Origin: an uncultured Anaerolineaceae bacterium
Lineage (GTDB): Bacteria > Chloroflexota > Anaerolineae > Anaerolineales > UBA4823
NCBI GenBank assembly: GCA_964354345.1
Contig: CAYGZL010000052.1
Coordinates: forward strand, 1,707-65,706
Direction of reading: 5' to 3'
DNA: 64,000 nt
The notes under the pieces were generated by a model. That model was not told the origin of the DNA. It worked only from the letters and a program-made list of their open reading frames with translations, and did not search any database. Shown piece by piece: positions 19,944-29,245 of the stretch. A program made the position numbers and the translations under genes. Positions within the stretch are counted from its first letter, which is position 1, and every line of letters starts with the position of its first letter.

Positions 19944-20915
19944 ATGAGTGCTCAACCTTATATTGTCGGGATCCGTTTTCATAAAGTTGGTAAGATTTAT
20001 CACTTTGATGCGAGTAATTCACCGGATATTAAAGTCGGTGATTTCGCCATCGTAGATACCAGCCGGGGGCATCAGATTGGCGAAGTTATCCAAATTGTCC
20101 ATAATCCTCAACCTCCACCGGAAGGAACCTGGAAACCTATCTTGAAAGAAGCCACCCCCCGTGATCTGGTATTACGCCAGGTCTGGCAGCAGAAAGAAAC
20201 AGAAGCGATGATCACCTGCCGAGACAAAGCTACCGAATTCAACCTGGCGGGTGTGAAGATTATTGCTGCGGAATATACCTTCGATGGGGAACACCTGACG
20301 TTGATGTATAGCACCGAGACTGAGGAAAAAATCGATCTTCGTGATCTTCGCATTGCTATACAACGCATCTATCCGCGCACCAAGGTTGAAATGCGACAGA
20401 TCGGTCCACGGGATGTGGCAAAATTACTGGGCGGTATGGGGGCTTGTGGACTCGAAATACGCTGTTGCGCCATGTTTCTAACCGATTTTAGCCCCATTTC
20501 AATCAAAATGGCTAAGGAGCAGGGGATATCACTCACACCATCCGAAATTACCGGCATGTGCGGTCGTTTACGCTGTTGTCTTGTGTATGAGTATGAACAA
20601 TATGTGGAAGCGCGCAAGCAATTGCCTAAGCGCGGTAAACGAGTCGTCACCCCTCAAGGCGAAGGTAAAGTCGTTGATTTGTATCCTCTCAAGCCATCAG
20701 TCATTGTGCTGCTCGATATCGGAAACCAGCGCGAATATGCACCAGAGGAACTACAGCCGTGGGACGAGCTCGAAGCGTTGAAACGAAAAGCTGAACAACC
20801 TTGTGAACAAGATGTGAAAGGTGAATGCTCCTGCGCCCAAAAAGAAAGCCTGCCACCGTCCAGCATAGCCGAAAAGAAGCCTGAAACACAACCGAAGAAG
20901 AAAAAGAAACCATGA
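19944..20915 (+). CDS. PSP1 domain protein (YaaT/RicT-like)
   Basis: YHFDASNSPDIKVGDFAIVDTSRGHQIGEV has the PSP1/YaaT pattern. Cys-rich CGLEIRCC and CGRLRCCL are present. The tail is Lys-rich. Confidence 0.8.
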   Translation: MSAQPYIVGIRFHKVGKIYHFDASNSPDIKVGDFAIVDTSRGHQIGEVIQIVHNPQPPPEGTWKPILKEATPRDLVLRQVWQQKETEAMITCRDKATEFNLAGVKIIAAEYTFDGEHLTLMYSTETEEKIDLRDLRIAIQRIYPRTKVEMRQIGPRDVAKLLGGMGACGLEIRCCAMFLTDFSPISIKMAKEQGISLTPSEITGMCGRLRCCLVYEYEQYVEARKQLPKRGKRVVTPQGEGKVVDLYPLKPSVIVLLDIGNQREYAPEELQPWDELEALKRKAEQPCEQDVKGECSCAQKESLPPSSIAEKKPETQPKKKKKP

Positions 20916-20919
20916 CCGT

Positions 20920-21693
20920 ATGATGAGCGAACCTGCGATTTCTTCTTCAAAACCAACAGCCGATCCCGAAGTACCAGCTCCGGATGCCTGGTCTACTCGA
21001 CAACGAATACTTGTCATCCTGGCCCATCCGGATGATCCTGAGTTTTTCTGCGGCGCCACTCTGGCAAAATGGGCAGCAACTGGACATGAAATTATCTATT
21101 GGTTAATTACCTGTGGAGATAAAGGCACTTCAAACCGTTCAATTTCTTCCGATCAGCTTTGCGAAATCCGCTACAAAGAGCAAAACGCAGCCGCCGCAGT
21201 GATCGGGGCCACACGGGTGAATTTCCTTGGTTACCCGGATGGCTATCTGGTTCCTGACTTGAAACTTCGCCGTGAAATCACCCGGATCATACGCCTGGAA
21301 CGTCCCGATATTTTGGTCACCTGTGATCCGACCAATCTGTACGCCGGAGGCAGCCGGCTAAACCATCCCGACCACCGCGCCGCAGGTCAGGTCGTTCTAG
21401 ATGCGGTCTTTCCTGCAGCGCGTGACCATCTATACTTTCCCGAACTTCTACAACAAGAAAACCTGGAGCCACATGTCGTCCGGGAAGTCTGGGTATCACT
21501 GGCTCCAGAGCCAGAGATCAAGTTAGATGTGACTGCATTCTGGGAAACGAAGATCCGCGCCTTGCAGGAACATAAGAGCCAGATCGGGGATCCTGACAAA
21601 CTGGCCGAACGCATGCGTGCCCGTTTGGCACCAGGTAACACGCCGGAAGCTCCGCGGTATGAAGAGGGCTTCAGGAGACTTGTCCTGGCATAA
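20920..21693 (+). CDS. PIG-L/LmbE family deacetylase
   Basis: ILVILAHPDDPEFFCGATL and NHPDHRAAG motifs. Confidence 0.8.
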   Translation: MMSEPAISSSKPTADPEVPAPDAWSTRQRILVILAHPDDPEFFCGATLAKWAATGHEIIYWLITCGDKGTSNRSISSDQLCEIRYKEQNAAAAVIGATRVNFLGYPDGYLVPDLKLRREITRIIRLERPDILVTCDPTNLYAGGSRLNHPDHRAAGQVVLDAVFPAARDHLYFPELLQQENLEPHVVREVWVSLAPEPEIKLDVTAFWETKIRALQEHKSQIGDPDKLAERMRARLAPGNTPEAPRYEEGFRRLVLA

Positions 21694-21726
21694 CGGAAAC
21701 GTCACCATAATATTGATGGGGATGAC

Positions 21727-22905
21727 ATGGTCAATTTATTATTAGAAGCACAATCCTGGTTTAAATATACCCGGGAATTGCGGCGCGATTTTCATCGCCA
21801 TCCCGAGTTGGGTTTTCTTGAAGTACGCACTGCGGGGATTGTCGCTAGTGAATTGAGCGCCTTGGGTTTAGAAGTAAACACCGGCATCGCCCAAACTGGC
21901 GTCGTCGGTGTACTCGAGGGAGAAAGCGGAGGACCGATGGTCTTGTTGCGCTTCGATATGGATGCCTTACCGATCCATGAGCAATCCCAGACAGATTATG
22001 TTTCTCAGAACCCAGGAGTCATGCACGCCTGTGGCCATGATGGCCATACCGCCATTGGCCTGACTGTTGCTCGTCTTTTACAAGCTCATCGCCCGCAAAT
22101 CAAAGGCAAGGTGAAGTTGATTTTCCAACCCGCAGAAGAAGGTCTGGGGGGCGCTGAAGGCATGATCGCAGCGGGAGTCTTAGAGAATCCAAAACCCACT
22201 ATAGCCCTGGCAGTGCATATCTGGAACGAGAAACCCCTGGGTTGGTTGGGTATCAGCGCCGGACCAGTCATGGCCAGCGCAGAAATATTTTCTGTCCGTA
22301 TATGTGGGCGTGGGGGACATGGTGCAATTCCCCACCTGGCGCTGGATCCAATTGTGGCATCTGCACAAATTATCACCGCACTGCAAAGCATCACTGCTCG
22401 AAATATCGCCCCACTCGATTCCGCAGTGGTCAGCGTCACCACGATCCATGGCGGTGATGCATATAATGTCATACCGGGCGAGGTTATCCTCCAGGGAACT
22501 ATTCGTACCTTTATACCAGCCACTCGAACAAGGGTACTTGATCGCTTCCAGCAAATCGTGCAGGGCATTGCCCAAACCATGGAGTGTCAAGCAGAGATAG
22601 AGCTAAGATCACTTACCCCAGCAGTGATCAACGATACCAAGGTAACTGCATACGCCCAACAGACCGCTGCTCAGCTTTTCCCTGAGGCAGAATTTGACAT
22701 GGGTTTTCGGACAATGGGTTCTGAAGATATGGCTTTTTTGTTAGAAAGAGTGCCCGGATGCTTTATCTTCCTTGGCTCAGCAAATCCCAAGGCAGGTTTG
22801 GATGCTGCCCACCATCACCCGCGCTTTGATTTCGACGAACAGGTGCTACCGAGAGCTGCTGCCTTGATCGCCTCGGTTACCCTAAATTTCTTACAAGAAG
22901 CCTGA
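21727..22905 (+). CDS. M20D family amidohydrolase (N-acyl-amino acid/hippurate hydrolase-like)
   Basis: MHACGHDGH metal-binding motif, with the overall M20 pattern and a dimerisation insert. Confidence 0.85.
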   Translation: MVNLLLEAQSWFKYTRELRRDFHRHPELGFLEVRTAGIVASELSALGLEVNTGIAQTGVVGVLEGESGGPMVLLRFDMDALPIHEQSQTDYVSQNPGVMHACGHDGHTAIGLTVARLLQAHRPQIKGKVKLIFQPAEEGLGGAEGMIAAGVLENPKPTIALAVHIWNEKPLGWLGISAGPVMASAEIFSVRICGRGGHGAIPHLALDPIVASAQIITALQSITARNIAPLDSAVVSVTTIHGGDAYNVIPGEVILQGTIRTFIPATRTRVLDRFQQIVQGIAQTMECQAEIELRSLTPAVINDTKVTAYAQQTAAQLFPEAEFDMGFRTMGSEDMAFLLERVPGCFIFLGSANPKAGLDAAHHHPRFDFDEQVLPRAAALIASVTLNFLQEA

Positions 22906-23032
22906 GGGTGGCTCACATTAGCAACAAATAAAATATCACTCACCAGTCTTGACCAAGTTTCACTCGGCTGGTAGAATGATATTGTTTGAATCATCTGATT
23001 AATTGTATTCATCGGATAATTGTCCACGCTCC

Positions 23033-23749
23033 ATGGTTATCCATTCTCATCCTTCAGAATTTCTCCATTATCTGGCTGCCTTAGAAACACCCGCCAATCT
23101 GGTGGATGATGCACAACTACCCTCACTCCAGGAGTTGAGTAAAGCGCTTAAAATCAGCGTGGCCTGCCTGCGCGAGCAGCTCGAAGTGGCTGAAGCGCTG
23201 GGATTAGTTGAGGTGCGTCCACGCACCGGCATCCGTCGGCTACCGTATTCATTTGGGCCTGCTGTCCAACAAAGCTTGTTCTACGCCTTGGAACTAAACC
23301 AGACCAATTTCAATGCCTTCTCTGATCTGCGTAATCAGATCGAGGCTTCCTACTGGAAGCCAGCAGTCCAATTATTGACACCCGAAGATCACCAAGCTCT
23401 AGTAGATCTGGTAAGCCGGGCATGGGAGAAGCTATTCGGCAACCCGATCCAAATCCCCCATACTGAGCACCGCCTGCTGCACCTGACAATTTATTCCCGG
23501 CTTGAAAATCCGTTCGTTCAGGGTATCCTGACAGCCTATTGGGAAGCCTATGAAAAAGTCGGTTTCAACATGTACGCTGATTATGACTACTTGCAACAAG
23601 TGTGGAGATACCACCAGAAGATGGTTGAAGCAATTTGCCAGGGCGAATTCGAAGCAGGATACCAGGCGTTGGTAGAGCATAAAGACATGTTGTTGCACCA
23701 TCCCCGCATGTCTGCTGAGGGGAACCCAACCGCGATCTTAACCCCATGA
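23033..23749 (+). CDS. GntR/FadR-family regulator with FCD domain
   Basis: wHTH (LPSLQELSKALKISVACLREQLEVAEALGLVEVRPRTGIRR) followed by a helical FCD-like C-terminus. A TTG at 23003 is possible. Confidence 0.75.
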   Translation: MVIHSHPSEFLHYLAALETPANLVDDAQLPSLQELSKALKISVACLREQLEVAEALGLVEVRPRTGIRRLPYSFGPAVQQSLFYALELNQTNFNAFSDLRNQIEASYWKPAVQLLTPEDHQALVDLVSRAWEKLFGNPIQIPHTEHRLLHLTIYSRLENPFVQGILTAYWEAYEKVGFNMYADYDYLQQVWRYHQKMVEAICQGEFEAGYQALVEHKDMLLHHPRMSAEGNPTAILTP

Positions 23750-23769
23750 TTCTATCTTAAGGAGCCCCT

Positions 23770-25611
23770 ATGTCTGCTTTTCAAGCGATCACGGAAGAGG
23801 ACAAGAACTTACCTCCTCATTCGATCGTTAATGATTTTACGATCACCGTATGTACGGTTAATGGATCAGGCAGCCAGACATCGAATCTGACGATCTTACG
23901 TGCTTTATTTAAGATGGGTATCCCGGTTTCGGGAAAAAACTTGTTTCCATCCAATATTCAAGGTTTACCCACCTGGTACACGATCCGGGTGAACAAGGAT
24001 GGCTGGTTGGCGCGCAAAGAAGAGCACGAGATTGTCGTTGCTTTGAATTCATCAACTTTTAGCAAAGACCTGGCAGAAGTGATACCCGGAGGAGTATTCT
24101 TTTATGCCGAAGATATCAAACTGCCCATGACCCGTACGGATGTCACATACTACCCGATGCCGGTTAAAAAACTGGTTAAAGAGTCGGATGTTCAGAATAA
24201 TCTGCGGGATTACATCGCCAATATGGTATATGTCGGGGTGTTGGCAAAAATGCTGGGCATCGACCTCGACAAAATCCAACAAGCTCTGCTATTCCATTTC
24301 AAAGAGAAGGCTAAACCGGTCGAGTTGAACTATGGCGTAATCCAAAAGGCTTATGACTGGGCTGCTACGAATCTGGAAAAGAAAGATTTATATCGGGTGG
24401 AATTGATGCATGGCACAGAGGGATATATTATGACGGATGGCAACACCGCAGCTGCTTTGGGCGCGATTTACGGGGGCGTCGAGTTCGCTGCCTGGTATCC
24501 CATCACACCAGCTTCTGGTCTGGCTGAATCGCTTATAGAATGGCTACCTATCCTACGCAAGGATCCCGAGGAGCCTGGCAAGAACACTTTTGCCGTCGTA
24601 CAGGCCGAAGACGAACTCGCAGCCATCGGCATGGCGGTTGGCGCTGGATGGGGCGGTCTGCGCGCAATGACCTCCACCTCGGGCCCTGGCTTAAGCTTGA
24701 TGACCGAATATGCGAGCCTGGCTTACTTCGCCGAAGTACCGTTGGTAGTCTGGGATGTACAGCGCGTGGGACCTGGCACAGGTCTGCCTACTCGCACTGC
24801 GCAGGGCGACTTGACTTTTACGTACTTTATCGGTCATGGTGACACACAAAACATCATCCTGCTGCCTGGCTCGGTCTCTGAGTGTTTTGAATTCAGTTGG
24901 AAGGCATTTGACATTGCCGAACGCTTACAGATGCCTGTCTATGTGCTCAGTGATCTAGATTTCGGCATGAATCAATGGATGACTAAGCCCTTTGAATATC
25001 CAGATCAACCTATGGATCGCGGAAAAATCTTATGGGAAGAAGATTTGGAAAAACTTGGTGGACAATGGGCACGCTATCGTGACGTGGATGGCGATGGCAT
25101 TGGCTACCGCACTTTGCCTGGTAACCGCCATCCTGCAGCCGCCTACTTCACGCGGGGTACAGGCCATGACGAGATGGCAAAATATAGCGAAGACGATAAA
25201 ACCTGGAATATTAATCTTGAGCGTCTTAATAAGAAGTACCAGAATGCCAGAGACCTGGTCCCGCCTCCGCTTATTGAGGCAGTCGAAGGGGTTGGGATTG
25301 GTATTATAGCTTTCGGTTCGACTGATACAGCGATCCAGGAAGCCCGGTCCCAACTGGCTCAACAGGGCCTCCTCACAAACTATATGCGGATTCGTGGCAT
25401 CCCATTCAATAACGAAGTGAAGCGGTTTTTAACTGAACACAACCGTATCTATGTCGTGGAAATGAATCGCGATGGTCAACTCTGCCAGTTAATAACGATT
25501 GATTTCTGTGGTTTTTCTTCACATTTGATTTCAATTGCTCATACCGATGGTCTACCCCTCACCGCTCAGCGTGTTCGCGAGACTATTCTTGAAAAGGAGG
25601 CACAACGATGA
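23770..25611 (+). CDS. korA: 2-oxoacid:ferredoxin oxidoreductase alpha subunit (fused gamma-alpha, KorA-like)
   Basis: 613 aa with the typical KorA layout. Its stop overlaps the korB start (ATGA). Confidence 0.9.
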   Translation: MSAFQAITEEDKNLPPHSIVNDFTITVCTVNGSGSQTSNLTILRALFKMGIPVSGKNLFPSNIQGLPTWYTIRVNKDGWLARKEEHEIVVALNSSTFSKDLAEVIPGGVFFYAEDIKLPMTRTDVTYYPMPVKKLVKESDVQNNLRDYIANMVYVGVLAKMLGIDLDKIQQALLFHFKEKAKPVELNYGVIQKAYDWAATNLEKKDLYRVELMHGTEGYIMTDGNTAAALGAIYGGVEFAAWYPITPASGLAESLIEWLPILRKDPEEPGKNTFAVVQAEDELAAIGMAVGAGWGGLRAMTSTSGPGLSLMTEYASLAYFAEVPLVVWDVQRVGPGTGLPTRTAQGDLTFTYFIGHGDTQNIILLPGSVSECFEFSWKAFDIAERLQMPVYVLSDLDFGMNQWMTKPFEYPDQPMDRGKILWEEDLEKLGGQWARYRDVDGDGIGYRTLPGNRHPAAAYFTRGTGHDEMAKYSEDDKTWNINLERLNKKYQNARDLVPPPLIEAVEGVGIGIIAFGSTDTAIQEARSQLAQQGLLTNYMRIRGIPFNNEVKRFLTEHNRIYVVEMNRDGQLCQLITIDFCGFSSHLISIAHTDGLPLTAQRVRETILEKEAQR

Positions 25612-26657
25612 CACACCAGATGACTACTTCTGTCCCGCGTTTGCAGGTAAACAATATTGGCATGAGTAAGACCGACTATCGCGGCGCCAACAGCACGCTC
25701 TGCCAGGGTTGTGGCCACAACTCGATCGCCAGCCAAATCATCACCGCCTGTTACGAGATGGATATCATTCCAGAGAACCTGGTTAAATTCTCGGGGATTG
25801 GTTGCTCCAGTAAAAGCCCAACCTATATCCTGAGCCGCACTTTTGGCTTTAACGGTCTGCATGGACGCATGCCTTCCCTGGCGACCGGCGCACTGTTTGC
25901 CGATCACACCCTACGGGGCATTGGTGTCAGCGGCGATGGCGACTCGGTCAGCATCGGTATGGGTCAATTCAAGCACGTCCTGCGCCGAAACCTTAACCTG
26001 ACTTACATCATCGAAAACAATGGTGTCTATGGCTTGACTAAAGGTCAGTTCTCCGCGACTGCAGAACAGGGCTTACAACTCAAGGGCCAGGGAACAAATC
26101 CCTATATGCCCGTGGATATCTGTTGGGAAGCCCTGGTCGCTAATGCAACCTTCGTAGCCCGTTCTTTCGCGGGAGATCCAAAGCAGGTGAAGGAACTCAT
26201 TAAGACTGCCCTGGCTCATAATGGCATCGCTTTACTCGATATCATCAGCCCGTGTGTTACTTTTAACAATAAAGATGACGCGATGCACTCTTACGCGTGG
26301 GGTAAAGATCATGAGGTAGCCCTGCACGAACTCAGCTATGTTCCACCCGCCGAAGAAATAATGATCGAGTACGCAGAGGGTGAAGCCAAGGAAGTTACCA
26401 TGCACGATGGGTCGAAGGTTGTTCTCAAGAAACTCGGTCAAGAATATGATCCTACCAACCGCGCAGAGGCGATGCGCAGACTCGAAGAGGCAAATACCAG
26501 GCAGTGGCTACTTACTGGATTGATTTATATTAACACCAATCAGCCCTCCATGACAGAAATTTATAACCTGCCCAATACACCGCTCAATCGCCTGCCCGAA
26601 AGGCGCATTCGCCCGGCGCCAGAAACGCTCGCTAAAGTTAACAGCATAATGTTCTAA
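25608..26657 (+). CDS. korB: 2-oxoacid:ferredoxin oxidoreductase beta subunit (TPP-binding)
   Basis: CQGCGH Cys motif and the TPP-binding GDGDSVSIG pattern. Confidence 0.9.
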   Translation: MTHQMTTSVPRLQVNNIGMSKTDYRGANSTLCQGCGHNSIASQIITACYEMDIIPENLVKFSGIGCSSKSPTYILSRTFGFNGLHGRMPSLATGALFADHTLRGIGVSGDGDSVSIGMGQFKHVLRRNLNLTYIIENNGVYGLTKGQFSATAEQGLQLKGQGTNPYMPVDICWEALVANATFVARSFAGDPKQVKELIKTALAHNGIALLDIISPCVTFNNKDDAMHSYAWGKDHEVALHELSYVPPAEEIMIEYAEGEAKEVTMHDGSKVVLKKLGQEYDPTNRAEAMRRLEEANTRQWLLTGLIYINTNQPSMTEIYNLPNTPLNRLPERRIRPAPETLAKVNSIMF

Positions 26658-26795
26658 CCAGGTACGGGCGGACACTGTACATGAGCTGTCGAGTATGCTC
26701 TGTTTCGCATACAATTCTGCGAGCAATGGTATAATTTTTCACGATGTTTTTCCGCGAAAAATCTATGATCATCCGATCCTATCCTGGAGTCAGTT

Positions 26796-27881
26796 TTGGC
26801 ATTTAAACCACTCGACTGGCTTTTAGGCTTCTTTTCGCTCGATATAGGCATTGACCTGGGTACAGCGAATACCCTGGTTTATATCCGCGGCAAAGGAATA
26901 ACGATCAATGAGCCTTCCTGGGTTGCGATCGATAAACGTACCCGCCAGCCATTGGCGATAGGCGCCGAAGCCAAGGAAATGGTCGGGCGGACGCCCGCCA
27001 ATGTAGTTGCTATCCGACCGCTGCGCGATGGAGTAATCTCTGAGTTTGAAATCACTCAGGCGATGTTGGAATATTTTATCGGTAAAGCCCATGAACAAAG
27101 CCTGGTGCCTGTTCCACGGCCGCGTGTGATCATCGGAATTCCTTCAGGCGTGACGGAGGTTGAAAAGCGGGCAGTTTACGATGCAGCGATGTCAGCGGGT
27201 GCACGAGAAGTCGGCCTGATCGAAGAACCTGTAGCAGCGGCCTTAGGTGCTGGGTTACCGGTTGCAGAAATCCGCGGGAGTATGATCGTTGACATCGGCG
27301 GGGGTACCTCAGAGGTCGCCGTGATGTCGATGGGAGGTGTGGTCGTTTCACGTTCCTTGCGCGTGGCCGGAGACGAAATGGATGAAGATATCATCCATTA
27401 CATGCGGAATAAATACAACCTGTTGATCGGTGAACGGATGGCTGAACAAGCAAAAATTGCGATTGGTTCGGCCTACCATCTACCCGAAGAAAAGACGATC
27501 TTACTGCGCGGCCGTAACTTAATTACTGGTTTACCGGAGGCGATCGAAATTTCCTCAGTCGAAATCAGGGAAGCTATCTCTGGCTCAGTACAGACGATCG
27601 TTGATACGATTAAGGACGCTCTGGATGAAGCTCCACCAGAAATTATTGCGGATTTAATGGAAATGGGCGTCTGCCTGGCGGGTGGCGGATCCCAATTGCA
27701 AGCGCTGGATAAACGCTTGCAAGATGAGTTACGCATCCGGGTTTGGGTCGCTGAAGATCCAATGAGTTGCGTCGCCCGCGGTTGTGGAATGATTTTAGAG
27801 AAATACGACGCATTGCGACGACTGCTGGTTGGCTTGGAGCGCGGCAGCACGCGCCACAGCACACGCCCCACGCAGAAATGA
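26796..27881 (+). CDS. mreB: Rod shape-determining protein MreB
   Basis: The actin-fold motifs DLGTANTLVY and DIGGGTSEVAV are present. TTG start. Confidence 0.9.
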   Translation: MAFKPLDWLLGFFSLDIGIDLGTANTLVYIRGKGITINEPSWVAIDKRTRQPLAIGAEAKEMVGRTPANVVAIRPLRDGVISEFEITQAMLEYFIGKAHEQSLVPVPRPRVIIGIPSGVTEVEKRAVYDAAMSAGAREVGLIEEPVAAALGAGLPVAEIRGSMIVDIGGGTSEVAVMSMGGVVVSRSLRVAGDEMDEDIIHYMRNKYNLLIGERMAEQAKIAIGSAYHLPEEKTILLRGRNLITGLPEAIEISSVEIREAISGSVQTIVDTIKDALDEAPPEIIADLMEMGVCLAGGGSQLQALDKRLQDELRIRVWVAEDPMSCVARGCGMILEKYDALRRLLVGLERGSTRHSTRPTQK

Positions 27882-28729
27882 ATACTACCAAGCCAAGGCG
27901 TTCGCTGCGAACGGTCGTCCTGGTGATGATCGCTCTGGGTTTGATCGCGCTGGCATTGGGTGGTTACCTGACTCCAATCTCGCGTTATATCCTACCGCCT
28001 CTGGTAACCGCTCAAACCTGGCTTTCATCGCGCTATCAGGCCATCCAGAACCTGGTGAATGCCCCGCAAGATCTCACCCGTTTGCGCCAACGTAATACTG
28101 AATTAGAAGTTGAAAACGCCAGTTTGCAAGCCGAAATTATCGATTTAAAACAACAAATTTCAGAAACTCGTATCCTGTCAGCGTTGGTAGACTTCGCACG
28201 TGTCAAACCAGAAAATCGTTATGTCGCTGCTACCGTTATAGGCCGAGACACAAGTCCATTCTTGCAGTATGTGATCATCAACCGCGGCTCAGACGATGGT
28301 TTGCGTCGCGGGATGCCAGTGGTTACCCAACAAGGATTAACGGGGCGGATCGCCGCGGTTACTTCTGGGGCAGCCCGTGTGCAACTAATCACCGACGCCG
28401 CATCTTCTATAAATATCAGTCTAGAAACAGCCGGCGTACAGGCTATCTTACTCGGTTCCGCTACTGGCGATATCAGCCTGGATATGATTCCCCAGGGTGT
28501 AACAGTTAAAACGGGTGATTTGGTGTTGACTTCAGGTCTGGGAGGCAATTATCCGACCAACATCTTGATCGGCCAGATAACCAGTATCCGCAGCCGGGAT
28601 AACGACTTATTCCAGCGCGCCTCAGTACAACCAGTGGTAGATTTTTCTAAGCTCGAAATTTTGCTGGTTATTACTAATTTTCGACCGGTTGATATTACCC
28701 CTTTAATCCCTGCCCCCACGGAACCTTGA
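27878..28729 (+). CDS. mreC: Rod shape-determining protein MreC
   Basis: The ATG overlaps the mreB stop (ATGA). The protein has an N-terminal TM segment, a coiled coil, and a beta-barrel region. The track start at 27767 lies inside mreB and is rejected. Confidence 0.85.
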   Translation: MNTTKPRRSLRTVVLVMIALGLIALALGGYLTPISRYILPPLVTAQTWLSSRYQAIQNLVNAPQDLTRLRQRNTELEVENASLQAEIIDLKQQISETRILSALVDFARVKPENRYVAATVIGRDTSPFLQYVIINRGSDDGLRRGMPVVTQQGLTGRIAAVTSGAARVQLITDAASSINISLETAGVQAILLGSATGDISLDMIPQGVTVKTGDLVLTSGLGGNYPTNILIGQITSIRSRDNDLFQRASVQPVVDFSKLEILLVITNFRPVDITPLIPAPTEP

Positions 28730-28744
28730 TACGAAGACCTGGGT

Positions 28745-29245
28745 ATGGCTACTCTGCTTGCGATTCCCATTTTCGGTTTGTTACTGATGATCCAGTCAGC
28801 GATCATCAGCCAGATGGCCTTGTTGCACGGTACCGCCGACCTGCTACTCCTGGTAGTGATCGCGTGGGCATTACAAAAACGGGTGCGAACCGCCTGGCAA
28901 TGGAGTATAATCGCTGGATTGATGGTCACCCTGGTTTCGGCGTTGCCTTTGGGTGTACCTATTGTCATGTATACCTTATCTGCAGGGTTGGCGCAAATTC
29001 TCAAGCAGCGAGTCTGGCAAGTACCCATTCTGGCTATGTTCGTCACCACTTTTTTTGCCAGCTTACTCTCGCAACTGGTCGCGCTTGGCGCGTTGCAAAT
29101 CACCGGTAATCCGATTTCTTTCATACAGGCCATCAACGTGATTGTTCTACCGAGCATCTTATTAAATCTATTCTTGTCAATACCAATCTATGCCCTGTTG
29201 GGTGACCTGGCCCACTGGTTATATCCCGAAGCACTAGATGTATGA
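28745..29245 (+). CDS. mreD: Rod shape-determining protein MreD
   Basis: 166-aa polytopic membrane protein in the canonical mreBCD position. Confidence 0.7.
   Translation: MATLLAIPIFGLLLMIQSAIISQMALLHGTADLLLLVVIAWALQKRVRTAWQWSIIAGLMVTLVSALPLGVPIVMYTLSAGLAQILKQRVWQVPILAMFVTTFFASLLSQLVALGALQITGNPISFIQAINVIVLPSILLNLFLSIPIYALLGDLAHWLYPEALDV

Noticed and set aside
28549-29157. 202-aa ORF on the minus strand opposite mreC/mreD. Similar long antisense ORFs occur at 2656-3288, 16995-17357, 40326-40820, 43832-44329, 54746-55291, 56237-56899 and 57408-58037.
   Set aside because: They lie entirely opposite genes with strong family signatures and have Arg/Ser/Pro-rich low-information composition with no recognisable motifs. 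These are typical shadow ORFs.
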